DNA from: Octopus sinensis
Lineage: Eukaryota
Assembly: GCF_006345805.1 (NCBI RefSeq)
Contig: NW_021825972.1
Location: 1-13,896 of the forward strand
DNA: 13,896 nt
Direction of reading: 5' to 3'
Shown here: positions 1-8,764 of the stretch, in pieces
Layout of the letters: each line of letters starts with the position of its first letter
Numbering within the stretch: the stretch's first letter is position 1
The notes under the pieces: model-generated
The model's input: the letters and a program-made list of their open reading frames with translations, nothing else
The model's database searches: none
Told to the model about the DNA's origin: nothing
Position numbers and translations under genes: made by a program

Positions 1-210
1 TATGTTGCGTCCTCGCTAGGACGGAAATTCCTACCGGCGACAATTTCTGAACTCATTGGTACGATGTCCAAACGGATTAAAAAGTCAAAATCCGCACAAG
101 CTATGGCTGCTAAATACTAGATTAAGTATTTAAAGGTTTCCAATAATAATTTTGTTTCTAGAAGTAAAATTTCCAAAAAGATGGTGTCAATTATACTTTT
201 GAGATGAGTG
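1..210 (+). mobile_element. 3' end of a degenerate Tc1/mariner DNA transposon (transposase C-terminus plus right TIR)
   Basis: Frame 1 reads ATISELIGTMSKRIKKSKSAQAMAAKY* (stop 118-120), preceded in another frame by ARTEIP. This matches the typical Tc1 C-terminus W..IP..TI..LI.SMP.R...V..A.G..TKY*. The segment ends in ggtgtcaattatacttttgagatgagtg (reverse complement CACTCATCTCAAAAGTAT..ACACC), a Tc1-like TIR, next to a TG/TA microsatellite. Confidence 0.55.
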
Positions 211-415
211 TGTATGTGTGTGTGCGTGCGTGTGTGCGTGCGTGTGTGCGTGTGTGCGTCTGTTTGTGTGATTGTGTGTGTGTGTACTTATGTATGTATA
301 TATCTAATATATACATATGTGTATCTATATATATATTTATACACGCACACACATATATAAATATATATGTGTGTGTGAACGTATATATGTGTGTATGTGT
401 ATATGTGTGTACGTG

Positions 416-452
<37 letters not shown>
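207..452. repeat. Compound (TG)n/(TGCG)n/(TA)n microsatellite
   Basis: Direct inspection. Confidence 0.95.
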
Positions 453-455
<3 letters not shown>

Positions 456-456
456 T

Positions 457-537
457 ATAAAAGATCAGTTGAGATATGAGGGAGATTTTGGATGCTATTT
501 CTAGTAGGCCGAGTTACCACATAGAGGCATTCCCCCG
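457..537 (-). repeat. Copy of the third dispersed repeat family
   Basis: The reverse complement aatgcctctatgtggtaactcggcctactagaaatagcatccaaaatctccctcatatctcaactgatctttta aligns to 3366-3440. Confidence 0.55.
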
Positions 538-653
538 CCCTCAACGTTGGGTGGTAACAGTAGTCGCCAGCATCTCTCAGTGGGTGATCACAGCTGGGGC
601 AGAGAGGGTGGGTTTTGTAGCATAAATAGCACTTGTATTAACAGACTCGCTGC

Positions 654-733
654 CACCGCCATCGCCCCTACAACCACCACCACCACCACTACCACCACCA
701 CCACTACCGCCATCAGCGCCACCACCACCACCA
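654..733. repeat. Imperfect (ACC)n trinucleotide repeat
   Basis: Direct inspection. Confidence 0.9.
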
Positions 734-864
734 GTAACGGCAACAGCGTCAAAATAAAAATACATATCTTTCAAACGCTGGCACAGAGCCACGAATCATT
801 TTCGTTGTGGGGGGGCAAGAGAGGAGATAAGGCGCGCGTTGTTTAACAGACTACAGTATTCGGA

Positions 865-1020
865 TGGTTATTTTACTGACCCAGAAACGTTAAAGAAGGG
901 CGCAGTGAATTTATAAAGATCCCACCACATCCCGTACTTGTCTTGTAGCATGTTTTAGAGCAACACATTGAAAGGATGAAAGCAGAAGTCGGCCTCGGCT
1001 AAGATTCGAACTAAGGACCA
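865..1020 (-). mobile_element. Degenerate SINE fragment(s) of the first family
   Basis: gaaaggatgaaagcagaagtcggcctcggctaagattcgaact (970-1012) resembles aaaggataaaagcctaagtcgacctcagtgatatttgaact at 7961-8001. ggttattttactgaccc (867-883) resembles the adjacent segment. Confidence 0.4.
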
Positions 1021-1362
1021 GGATAACTTAACATAGCAACCTTATATTATAATAGTAAAAGTCAAGACTGCTGGCGCAATTCGAACTCGCGTATTAAACG
1101 GTGACAACTGATTACTGCAATGCAACAGGTTCTGTTATATATCGTTCCAGTGGTAATGGTGTCAATAAGACCCAAATGTGTCAGGTAATACTGAGTAAGT
1201 GCTATGGACAGACTATAGTTAAGCTCCAGGTTCGGTGATTATGCGAATGAGGAGCAAGTGTATATATTAAAAAATATATATTCGTACATACATATATATA
1301 TGCGTGTATATATTATATATATATTAGATATATATATATATATATAGATATATATAAATGAG

Positions 1363-2375
1363 ATGAATGTTTTTATATATAATGAACGTGAAATACAGGA
1401 AGGGACGAACACGAACACAGACAATCATTCGAAGCCTTCAATCTTCAGTCAGACACCGAATCATCATAGCAAATTTCGGCTGTTCAATTCTGATATTTGC
1501 TCCAACTCGGCCAGCCCCAAGAAAAAAACTAAGCTGTAGCATTAGATTTCTTGGTAGAAGACAGGAATGTGAACGCACAAGACGGATGTGAATACACAGA
1601 CGAAAACGAAATTGAAAACAGTAATGAAAAAACAAAACATATATAACGGTGGTTGTCATACGACTTTAGACCAAATGAGACAAAACAACACAACATAGCA
1701 GCTGCGTAGAAATAATTACCTTTCGGTAGCGGGGACCATGTTGGTGTCGAGATACGAAGCCAACAGAATGGTTGAAAAAGCAGCAGGTCGCAGGAGAAGA
1801 GACAGAGAGAATGGAATCAAAGAGGGTGGAAGGCAGGGGACAGAATCAGTGACCAAGAGAGGAGAAAGAAGGGATTAAGGAGGATGGGAGGAAGAGAGGG
1901 GAAGAATCGGAGGGCGCCAAAAGTTGGTGAAGAAGCAATGGCGGGTAGTAAAAGACAGTGTGTATAGAAGTCGTGCAGGTTTAAAATTGGACAAACAAAC
2001 GGGGGGTGCACGTAACGCCGCAATAATATAAGAATGAATGTTTTTATATATAATGACGTGAAATACAGGAAGGGACGAACACGGAACACAGACCAATCAT
2101 TCGAAGCCTTCAATCTTCAGTCAGACACCGAATCATCATGCAAATTTCGGCTGTTCATTCTGATATTTGCTCCAACTCGGCCAGCCCCAAGAAAAAAACT
2201 AAGCTGTAAGCATTAGATTTCTTGGTAGAAGACAGAATGTGAACGCACAAGACGGATGTTGAATACAAGAGACGAAAACGAAATTGAAAACATGAAAAAA
2301 AAAAACAAAACATATAAACGGTGGTTGTCATACGACTTTAGACCAAATGAGACAAACAACAACAACATAGCAGCT
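1363..2375. mobile_element. Non-coding element with ~340-bp direct repeats (1363-1703 and 2034-2375) around a 330-bp purine-rich spacer; Penelope-pLTR/retrozyme/TRIM-like architecture
   Basis: The two copies align end to end (atgaatgtttttatatataatg...caacatagcagct) and differ mostly by 1-bp indels. The period is ~671 bp. It is flanked by (TA)n and (TG)n. No TG..CA termini, TSD or credible ORF are seen. Confidence 0.7.
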
Positions 2376-2381
2376 ATTGTT

Positions 2382-2382
<1 letters not shown>

Positions 2383-2417
<35 letters not shown>
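2383..2417. repeat. (TG)n microsatellite
   Basis: Direct inspection. Confidence 0.95.
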
Positions 2418-2419
<2 letters not shown>

Positions 2420-2612
2420 GGGAAAGTTTATGAAAAAAACTGAAGACGAAAACAGGTGGTGTACAAAACAAACAGATTCTATATAACGCTCAGGAATAGA
2501 AAAGGTCTTTACGTTTCGAGTCTACGCTCTTCTACAGAAGGGACACAGAAAAAACAAGGAGAGAACAAGGAGAGAAAAAAATGTGTGTAGTGGCTAACGA
2601 TCTATCATGGAG
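2418..2612 (-). mobile_element. Short interspersed repeat carrying a minimal hammerhead-like motif (Penelope-like terminal fragment)
   Basis: This is a ~190-bp non-microsatellite island between (TG)n and (TA)n tracts. The minus strand contains ctt-CTGTAGA-A-GAG-cgtaga-CTC-GAAA-CGT-A-aag. Confidence 0.5.
2505..2543 (-). ncRNA. Putative minimal type I hammerhead ribozyme (variant core CUGUAGA)
   Basis: Stem I is cuu/aag. The core CUGuAGA deviates once from CUGANGA. Stem II is GAG/CUC with a 6-nt loop, followed by GAAA, a loop-less palindromic stem III (ACGU) and a GUA cleavage triplet. Confidence 0.45.
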
Positions 2613-2685
2613 TCTGATATATATATATATATACATATATACCCACACACACGTATATGTATACATGTATGTCATTGCCATTTTA

Positions 2686-2810
2686 TTTGTCCATTCCACC
2701 ACTTGACAAACGGTGTTGTTTTGTTTATGTGCTTATAACTTAGAAGTTTGGCAAAAGTGGCCGATAAAATAAGTACCAGACTTTAAAAAGAAAGTAAAGT
2801 AGTAGGGGCG
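2686..2810 (+). mobile_element. 3' module of the second SINE family
   Basis: accacttgacaaacggtgttgttttgtttatgtgcttataacttagaagtttggcaaaagtggccgataaaataagtacc aligns to the reverse complement of 4698-4788. Confidence 0.65.
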
Positions 2811-2950
2811 ACTACATAGCCATACCATTGAAGACGGACTTTCTGGAAGGCTACCACCCAAAAACTCTTCATAAGTAACTCATACCCCAAACCGTCTCTT
2901 GGTCCAACGCTCGCTTTGAACATATGAAATTGAAAGAGAATCAGAGAGAC

Positions 2951-2953
<3 letters not shown>

Positions 2954-2983
<30 letters not shown>
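2954..2983. repeat. (GA)n microsatellite
   Basis: Direct inspection. Confidence 0.95.
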
Positions 2984-2984
<1 letters not shown>

Positions 2985-3038
2985 CTGGAGAAGAAGAGAG
3001 GGAAGAAGTTAGTGCCTAGTGCGTGTTACAGCGTAAAC

Positions 3039-3307
3039 CAATGACACTCAACGATTTTTTGTTATAACTGTGGACCCCTTTAATTCCTGTTTTTTATTCT
3101 GCTGGACCCTAATAAGCATTCGATGTTTAAGAAAGCCCCATTATATTTTTATCATTAAAAATCTTTAGGAATCGTATTACAGAATTCGTGAAATATTTTG
3201 TGTCCGTATTGTAAAAGTAAAAGGAATTTATTGCAACATAAATTTTAACAACGAGATCTTATGCGGACCCCACCAAGGGCCACGTGAGCTCCGGTTGAGA
3301 ACCCCTG
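3039..3307. mobile_element. hAT (Charlie-type) MITE
   Basis: The right end ggttgagaacccctg is the reverse complement of the Charlie-type TIR CAGGGGTTCTCAACC. The left end caatgacactcaac is a degenerate copy (9/14). The flanking 8-mers gcgTAaac and ggcTAaat match 5/8 with a central TA. Subterminal ggaccc motifs occur at ~3072, ~3104 and ~3265. Confidence 0.6.
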
Positions 3308-3364
3308 GGCTAAATGAATAACGTTGATGTCAATGCATATCAGTTGATTTTGATGTTGTATAAG

Positions 3365-3512
3365 GAAGCTTCCACATGGTCGCCTCATCCGATGGAAATG
3401 GCCGCCGAACCTCTCTCATATCACAACCTACCTTCTTAAAGGCAATGTAGTGTTCAAAAGAAAGAAGTGCTTCCTTGTGGATCTGTTGTTTAATCAGAAC
3501 TGACATGCAGGT
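3365..3512 (+). repeat. Third dispersed repeat family (unclassified, ends at an AAC-rich tail)
   Basis: The core aagcttccacatggtcgcctcatccgatggaaatggccgccgaacctctctcatatcacaacctaccttcttaa is related to the reverse complement of 457-537, and to 3628-3710 and ~4380-4575. Confidence 0.55.
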
Positions 3513-3513
3513 T

Positions 3514-3600
3514 ATAGCAACAGCAACGCTAACAGCAACAGCTGAAGTGCAATAACAACAAGAACAACGATAACAACAACAATGGCAACAACAACAACGT
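3514..3600. repeat. Imperfect (AAC/AGC)n repeat
   Basis: Direct inspection. Confidence 0.85.
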
Positions 3601-3627
3601 CAAAGTTTACATCGAGAACACCATGAA

Positions 3628-3710
3628 GCAGCCCCTGCGCAGACGGTCGAACTACTTGAAAAAAAAAAAAAAGCAGCCGCGTTTTCCTCAAATCACAGCC
3701 AGCCGTCTTA
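3628..3710 (+). repeat. Degenerate copy of the third dispersed repeat family
   Basis: gaagcagcccctgcgcagacggtcgaactacttgaaa(A)n gcagccgcgttttcctcaaatcacagccagccgtcttaa resembles 3366-3440. Confidence 0.45.
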
Positions 3711-3767
3711 AGTTTTGTGAAAATGAAACGTAGACAAATGGCGTCTTTTATATAACAAACCAAAATT

Positions 3768-3782
3768 ACACACACACACACA

Positions 3783-3813
<31 letters not shown>

Positions 3814-3905
3814 ACACACACACACACCACACATACACACATATATATGCATGCATGTACGTATGTATGTATGCATGTATATATATGTTTGTGTGTGTGT
3901 GTGTA

Positions 3906-3939
<34 letters not shown>

Positions 3940-3960
3940 CATATATATCTACATCATATA

Positions 3961-4008
<48 letters not shown>

Positions 4009-4074
4009 TACATACATACATACATCATAATACATATATATATTATAATATATATATATATACATATATTATAT

Positions 4075-4123
<49 letters not shown>

Positions 4124-4184
4124 TATATATATAATATATATATATATATAATATATATATTATTATATTTATTTTATATATATT
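3768..4184. repeat. Compound (CA)n/(TG)n/(TA)n microsatellite
   Basis: Direct inspection. Confidence 0.95.
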
Positions 4185-4379
4185 ACGTAAATTAGTGTAA
4201 ACTGACACAGAGCGGTTTTTCTCCAGTCTCCAAACCATTATAATTTCTGGCTTGGCACAATTCCACATATAATTGTTCGTTGGTTCCTCGTGGAACTACA
4301 TACCTGAGACGCTGTTGGATTATTTATTTTATTTTATACATTCCGGTCAAGGCCATACTGGAGTAGATCCGTCATAAGT

Positions 4380-4575
4380 AGAGGCAACCTGTACTTTGTC
4401 GCTCCAAATGTGAGAAATTACTGTCAAATCTTCCCTTGGTCACAAGGTACTGTCTTAAGGAAGCAAAAAGTGAGTGGGGCGGGAGTTGCATATTAGAAGA
4501 CGTAGTCTGGAAGGAAAGACTGTATGGTCACGTCTGGAATGTCTTTGATCATGGGTTTTACATGCGTTTAATAAA
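4380..4575 (+). repeat. Degenerate copy of the third dispersed repeat family
   Basis: gtcgctccaaatgtgagaaattactgtcaaatcttcccttggtcacaaggtactgtcttaa resembles the core. The downstream gtctttgatcatgggt resembles 3470-3490. Confidence 0.4.
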
Positions 4576-4609
4576 CAATAAAACCCCAAATTTTCTCATT
4601 TATATCTTT

Positions 4610-4812
4610 ATCTCATCCTTGTTTTAGTCATTTGACTGCGGCTTTGTTGGGGCACCGCCCTGAGGGGTTTTAGTTGAACAAATTACCAAAACTTAATTTT
4701 TAAGCCTAGTACTTAACCTATCGGTCTCTTTTTCCTAACCCTTAAGTTACGGGTACGTAAACAAACCAACATTGGTTGTCAAGCGGTGTTGTGGGACAAT
4801 CACAGATACAAA
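4610..4812 (-). mobile_element. 3' module of the second SINE family, inverted copy
   Basis: The reverse complement accgcttgacaaccaatgttggtttgtttacgtacccgtaacttaagggttaggaaaaagagaccgataggttaagtactaggc...ggcggtgccccaacaaagccgcagtcaaatgactaaaacaagg is homologous to 2686-2810. Confidence 0.7.
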
Positions 4813-5075
4813 GAATCATGCATATAAAAATATAAAAATTTATAAATATAAATTTCAAAATTTCAAATTTTAATAATTTAAATTTGTATATTTTATATAT
4901 ATATTATATATTATATAATTATATTTATTTTTTGTTTTTTATGTTTTGGTTTATGTCTATCACTCTTTGAGTTGCCTAATAGTGGTTTTATCTCTAATTT
5001 ATATTTTATATTTATACTTTGAAATTTGATTTAATCCTAAATCTAATTTTTCCCTGTAAGTTTGGAAATACTCCC

Positions 5076-5107
<32 letters not shown>

Positions 5108-5156
5108 TATTATATTATATTATTATTATATTATTATTATTATTATTATTATTATT
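5076..5156. repeat. (TTA)n/(TAA)n microsatellite at the 3' end of the R4/Dong element
   Basis: Imperfect TTA array directly abutting the element's 3' UTR. Confidence 0.95.
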
Positions 5157-6706
5157 CTATGTTTGATTTTTGCTTTATGTCTGTACAAGTTGGCTCCAAG
5201 TCTCACCCAGAGACCTCAAGAGACAACAGGTTGGAAGTTCTGTGCCATATATTTGGGGGTTTTTTTTGGTGTTGTACTAGTGAATGTCTAATACATAAAA
5301 AAAAAAGTTTGTTTTAAACCTTGGGGTTACATAGAGAGTATTTTGCGTAGGATATGAGCCGTTCCCATGAGCACTATCTTTTGAATTTCTGCCATTTTTG
5401 GGTTTCCTGGTATCTGAGTTAGGTAGCAATCAGTCCCTTTCGCTATCATTCCTAGGGCACCTATGACAACAGGTATTGTTTTAGTCTTCAGCTTCCCCAT
5501 TTTTGCTGATTTCTATTTCAAGACATTTTATTTGCTCAGTTTTTTGGTAGGTCTTGACAGATACGTTTATATCGATTGGGACAGTCATATCAATGAGGAG
5601 GCATGTTCTTTGTCTGAAGTCTTTCAATATGATGTCTGGCCTATTTGCATCTATCTTCCTGTCAGTTTGAATGGTGAAGTTCCAGAGGAGTGAGATGTGG
5701 TCATTTCAAGCACTGGAGGGGGATTGTGTTCCCACCAGTTCTTTTCATGGGGCAAATCCAGGTTTTTGCAAATACCCAGTGAATATATTGTGCAGCTCTA
5801 TCATGCCTATTGAGGTACTCTGTAGGCGCTAGAAGACTGCATTTGGGACAACATGATCAATGGTTTCATTTTGTTGTCGGCATACACGACATGTTGGGCT
5901 ACTGCCGTTCTTTAATATGTTGGCCTGGTAGTTTCTTGTTGGTAGGCATTGATCTTGAGCTGCTATGATAAACCCCTCTGTTTCAGATTTTAAGCCAGAG
6001 GCCATTAGCCATTGATGGGTCAGGGCTTTGTCGATATCTGCATTACGCTCTCTTTGGGTATTTGCCATAGAGAGGTTTTTCTTGCCTTTATTATTCAGAA
6101 TATCTAAGGCCGCAGTTTTGGCACGGGTTTTCATGCGCCTAGCTTTTTCTGTGCTTGTTTCTTGTATGCCTATCTCTAATTCCGAAATTGGTTGTATTCG
6201 GAATTCACTTAGATATTCCTTTGCCTGTTTTGTGACTGAGTATGATGCTTCTGTTCATGTTTTGAGACAAGTTTTAACATCCAGTCCTCAGAGTTTTTCA
6301 GGTAGGTGTCTAGGCCAATTGTAGCAATCTCATGTTATTGCCAGTTGCAAAAGACCACGGCCTCCCTCTTTTCTTGGCAGATAGAGTCGTTCTGTGTCTG
6401 CCTTAGGGTGGTGCATTCTATGCATTGTCAACAGTTTCCTTATTTTCTGTCGAGCTGACATATTTCAGTAATTGACCAGTTAACAATATGAAACTGTAAG
6501 TCACGACTGGTATGGCTAATGCATTGATCGCTTCGATCCTGTCTTGCATTCAGCTCTGTCTTGAGTATTGCTCTCACTCTTCGATAGCATTCTCTCCTGA
6601 TCCTTTCCTTCATCTCTGAATGCCTTATTCTGTTCCCTTCAATTACCCCTAGATACTTGTAGCTCTCCGCTGGGTCTAGTTCTTTTATGACATTCTGCTG
6701 GTCAAG

Positions 6707-6707
<1 letters not shown>
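5157..6707 (-). mobile_element. 5'-truncated, frameshifted non-LTR retrotransposon of the R4/Dong clade (RT C-terminus, CCHC finger, restriction-like endonuclease)
   Basis: The minus strand translates, across frameshifts, to IKELDPAESYKYLGVIEG (RT domain 7, 6647-6661) and thumb RVRAILKTELNA..AINALAIPVVTYSF, then GLKSETEGFIIAAQDQCLPTRNY, CRVC..ETIDHVV..C (CCHC, ~5840-5891), EYLNRHDRAAQYIHW, WNFTIQTDRKIDANRPDIILKD..LIDMTVP (PD-D RLE motif, ~5580-5680) and IPVVIGALG..IQKIVLMGTAHILRKILSM* (stop 5327-5329). A ~170-bp 3' UTR runs into (TAA)n. Confidence 0.92.
5327..6707 (-). pseudogene. Disrupted RT/RLE ORF remnant of the R4/Dong element
   Basis: There are multiple 1-bp frameshifts and the catalytic YxDD region is absent (truncated). 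The track ORF 5829..6134 is one intact segment. Confidence 0.85.

Positions 6708-6764
<57 letters not shown>
6708..6764. repeat. (TTA)19 microsatellite at the 5' truncation junction of the R4/Dong element
   Basis: Perfect 57-bp TTA array starting immediately where RT homology ends. Confidence 0.95.
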
Positions 6765-6770
<6 letters not shown>

Positions 6771-7177
6771 CATGGGGTTGGGGTGTAAAACGAAAATATT
6801 CTGGCTTAAATGGAAAGAGAGCGTGACATGGACAGAGAACGAACTTCGAGAAGAATTCGAAACTCTTGTTAATGAATTTAACCAATAATTTGCTTGCCAT
6901 TTTAATGCACCACTTTCCTTCCTCTACAGAGGCATAATGATTTATTTAATGAAGTAGACAATATCACTGCCTCCATCAAACACCACAGTCAGGAACACAT
7001 ATCTACGTTTACAACCAAACTACAAGTTTAGGAATAAATCAACTAACACATTCGGTTGATATTCCGCTCCAAAGGAGAGGTATTACGTGCGTCAGTTACA
7101 CAACCTGTTGGTATCCAAAGGAGAACGCGACGCTCACCGCTAGCGAATTCAAGACTCGTATGTGTGTGTGTGTTTGT

Positions 7178-7211
<34 letters not shown>

Positions 7212-7434
7212 ACACATCATTCAGTATACCAGTTTATATAAACCACTGGAAAATGGTGCAATTACAGCGTATATGCATTCCATAGATACGCAGTATGTAT
7301 ATATGTTCTCGTTTGCGTGTACGCGTGCGTGTGTGTATAATTGAAACAGGTATAGTGAAGTGTATTATAAATACAGTGTACTTCAGAGTTGCAAAAGCTA
7401 TGCGTTAATATCGTTTATTATCTCTGAGATTCAA

Positions 7435-7640
7435 AGGCGGCGAGCTGGCAGAATCGTAAGCACGCCGGGCGAAATTCTTACCGCTATTTCGTCTGCCTCT
7501 ACGCTTTGAGATCAAATTCCGACTTTGCCTTTCATCCCTTCGGGGTCGATTAAATAAGTACCAGTTGAGTACTGGTGTCGATGTAATCGCCTAGTCCCCT
7601 TTCCCCAAATTTGAGGCCTTGTACTTCCAGTAGAAAGGAC
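7435..7640 (+). mobile_element. tRNA-derived SINE (octopus OK/OR-type, Meta-domain-like centre) with a 16-bp TSD
   Basis: A-box-like tggcagaatcg and B-box-like gagatcaaattcc. Central gcctttcatcccttcggggtcgattaaataagtaccag at 7527-7564. Perfect flanking direct repeat tatctctgagattcaa at 7419-7434 and 7641-7656. Confidence 0.85.
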
Positions 7641-7787
7641 TATCTCTGAGATTCAAGCAAATAATAGAATCATACCCGCTGAATTCAGTGAATGTGATTG
7701 AAAATTAGCTTCAAGTTATGACTTAACATTCTTGTTTTAAACGCGTCACCTATGAGGCAGATATCGGCACACGTATAGATATAATAT

Positions 7788-7848
7788 GGACGAAATGGCT
7801 CTAAACATGTGGCCCGGTGCGCTAATGGTCCTGCTATATCGCCACCTT
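7788..7848 (-). mobile_element. 5' head fragment of the same SINE family
   Basis: The reverse complement aaggtggcgatatagcaggaccattagcgcaccgggccacatgtttagagccatttcgtcc aligns to the SINE head at 7435-7495. Confidence 0.6.
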
Positions 7849-7861
7849 CACATACAGAAAT

Positions 7862-8076
7862 ATCGGTTTCAAATGTTGGCACAGGGTCAGTAATTGAGGG
7901 GAGGGGGTAAATCGATTGCATTCGCTCCAATGATCAACTGGTACTTATTTTATCGCCCCAAAAGGATAAAAGCCTAAGTCGACCTCAGTGATATTTGAAC
8001 TCAGATCGTAAAGACGGACGAAATACCGCTAAGCATTTTGCCCAGCTTGGTAGCGATTCTGCCAACTCGCCACCTT
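7862..8076 (-). mobile_element. tRNA-derived SINE copy (second unit of a head-to-tail dimer)
   Basis: The reverse complement aaggtggcgagttggcagaatcgctacc...gagttcaaatatcactgaggtcgact...cgataaaataagtaccagttga is homologous to 7435-7640. Confidence 0.85.
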
Positions 8077-8278
8077 GGCACAAGGCTAGTAAGTTCATGG
8101 GAAGGAGTGATTCGATTACATCGACCCCCAGTGATCAACTGGTACTTTATTTTATCGATCCGTTAGGAATGAAAGGCTAAGTCAATCTCGGTGGCATCTA
8201 AACTCAGATTGCAACGACGGACGAAATGCCGCAAAGCATTTTGTCCGGCGTGTCAACAATTCTGCTGGCTAGCCAACC
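8077..8278 (-). mobile_element. tRNA-derived SINE copy (first unit of the dimer)
   Basis: The reverse complement ggttggctagccagcagaattgttgacacgccggacaaaatgc...gcctttcattcctaacggatcgataaaataaagtaccag belongs to the same family. The dimer is bracketed by tcacatacagaaat at 7848-7861 and 8279-8292. Confidence 0.8.
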
Positions 8279-8409
8279 TCACATACAGAAATTTTCCTCT
8301 AATCGTTGGATATTAACGAGTAGAGGTGGAGCATAGCGTCGGCTACTATGCATATTAGTTAATTGCAGGGTTGAGCTAGTTAATCGCTAGTATACATAAA
8401 CAGTGTCGG

Positions 8410-8557
8410 CATATATATATATATTATATATATATTATATATATATATTGTCTGTCTATTGTCTGTCTTTATGTATGTATGTATGTATGTAGTCTGTATG
8501 TATGTATGTATGTATATATGTATGTATGCATCTATCTATCTATATCTATATCTATAC

Positions 8558-8589
<32 letters not shown>

Positions 8590-8740
8590 GCGTGTGTGCG
8601 TGTGTGTATGTGCATGTGTGTGTACGCACACGCGCTTGTAAATATACATACACATGTGCACAAGGTTTTCATCATTGAGATTGGCTAACCACTGAGCTAG
8701 TAGTAGTAGTAGTAGTGGTGGTGGTGGTAGTGGTGATGGT
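8410..8740. repeat. Compound (TA)n/(TATG)n/(TG)n microsatellites plus a short (AGT)n(GGT)n
   Basis: Direct inspection. Confidence 0.9.
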
Positions 8741-8764
8741 GGGGACATTGTCGTTGTACATAAA

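Noticed and set aside
1468-1516. HDV-like ribozyme in the direct-repeat pseudoknot
   Set aside because: It lacks a P3/L3 with the P1.1 pairing and the J4/2 catalytic C segment on either strand.
1363-2375. CRISPR array or canonical LTR retrotransposon
   Set aside because: There are only two long repeats in a eukaryotic context, with no short repeat-spacer periodicity and no TG..CA ends, PBS, TSD or gag/pol.
191-4268. YI-, HT- and CV-repeat ORFs (also at 8459-8790 and 12663-13708)
   Set aside because: They come from dinucleotide repeats that lack stop codons by construction.
4822-5075. Very AT-rich stretch as a mitochondrial insertion or origin
   Set aside because: There is no recognisable tRNA, rRNA or coding signal. 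It looks like decayed (TA)n or low-complexity sequence.
5463-6324. Plus-strand ORFs 5463..5693 and 6028..6324
   Set aside because: They are antisense shadows of the retrotransposon coding sequence.
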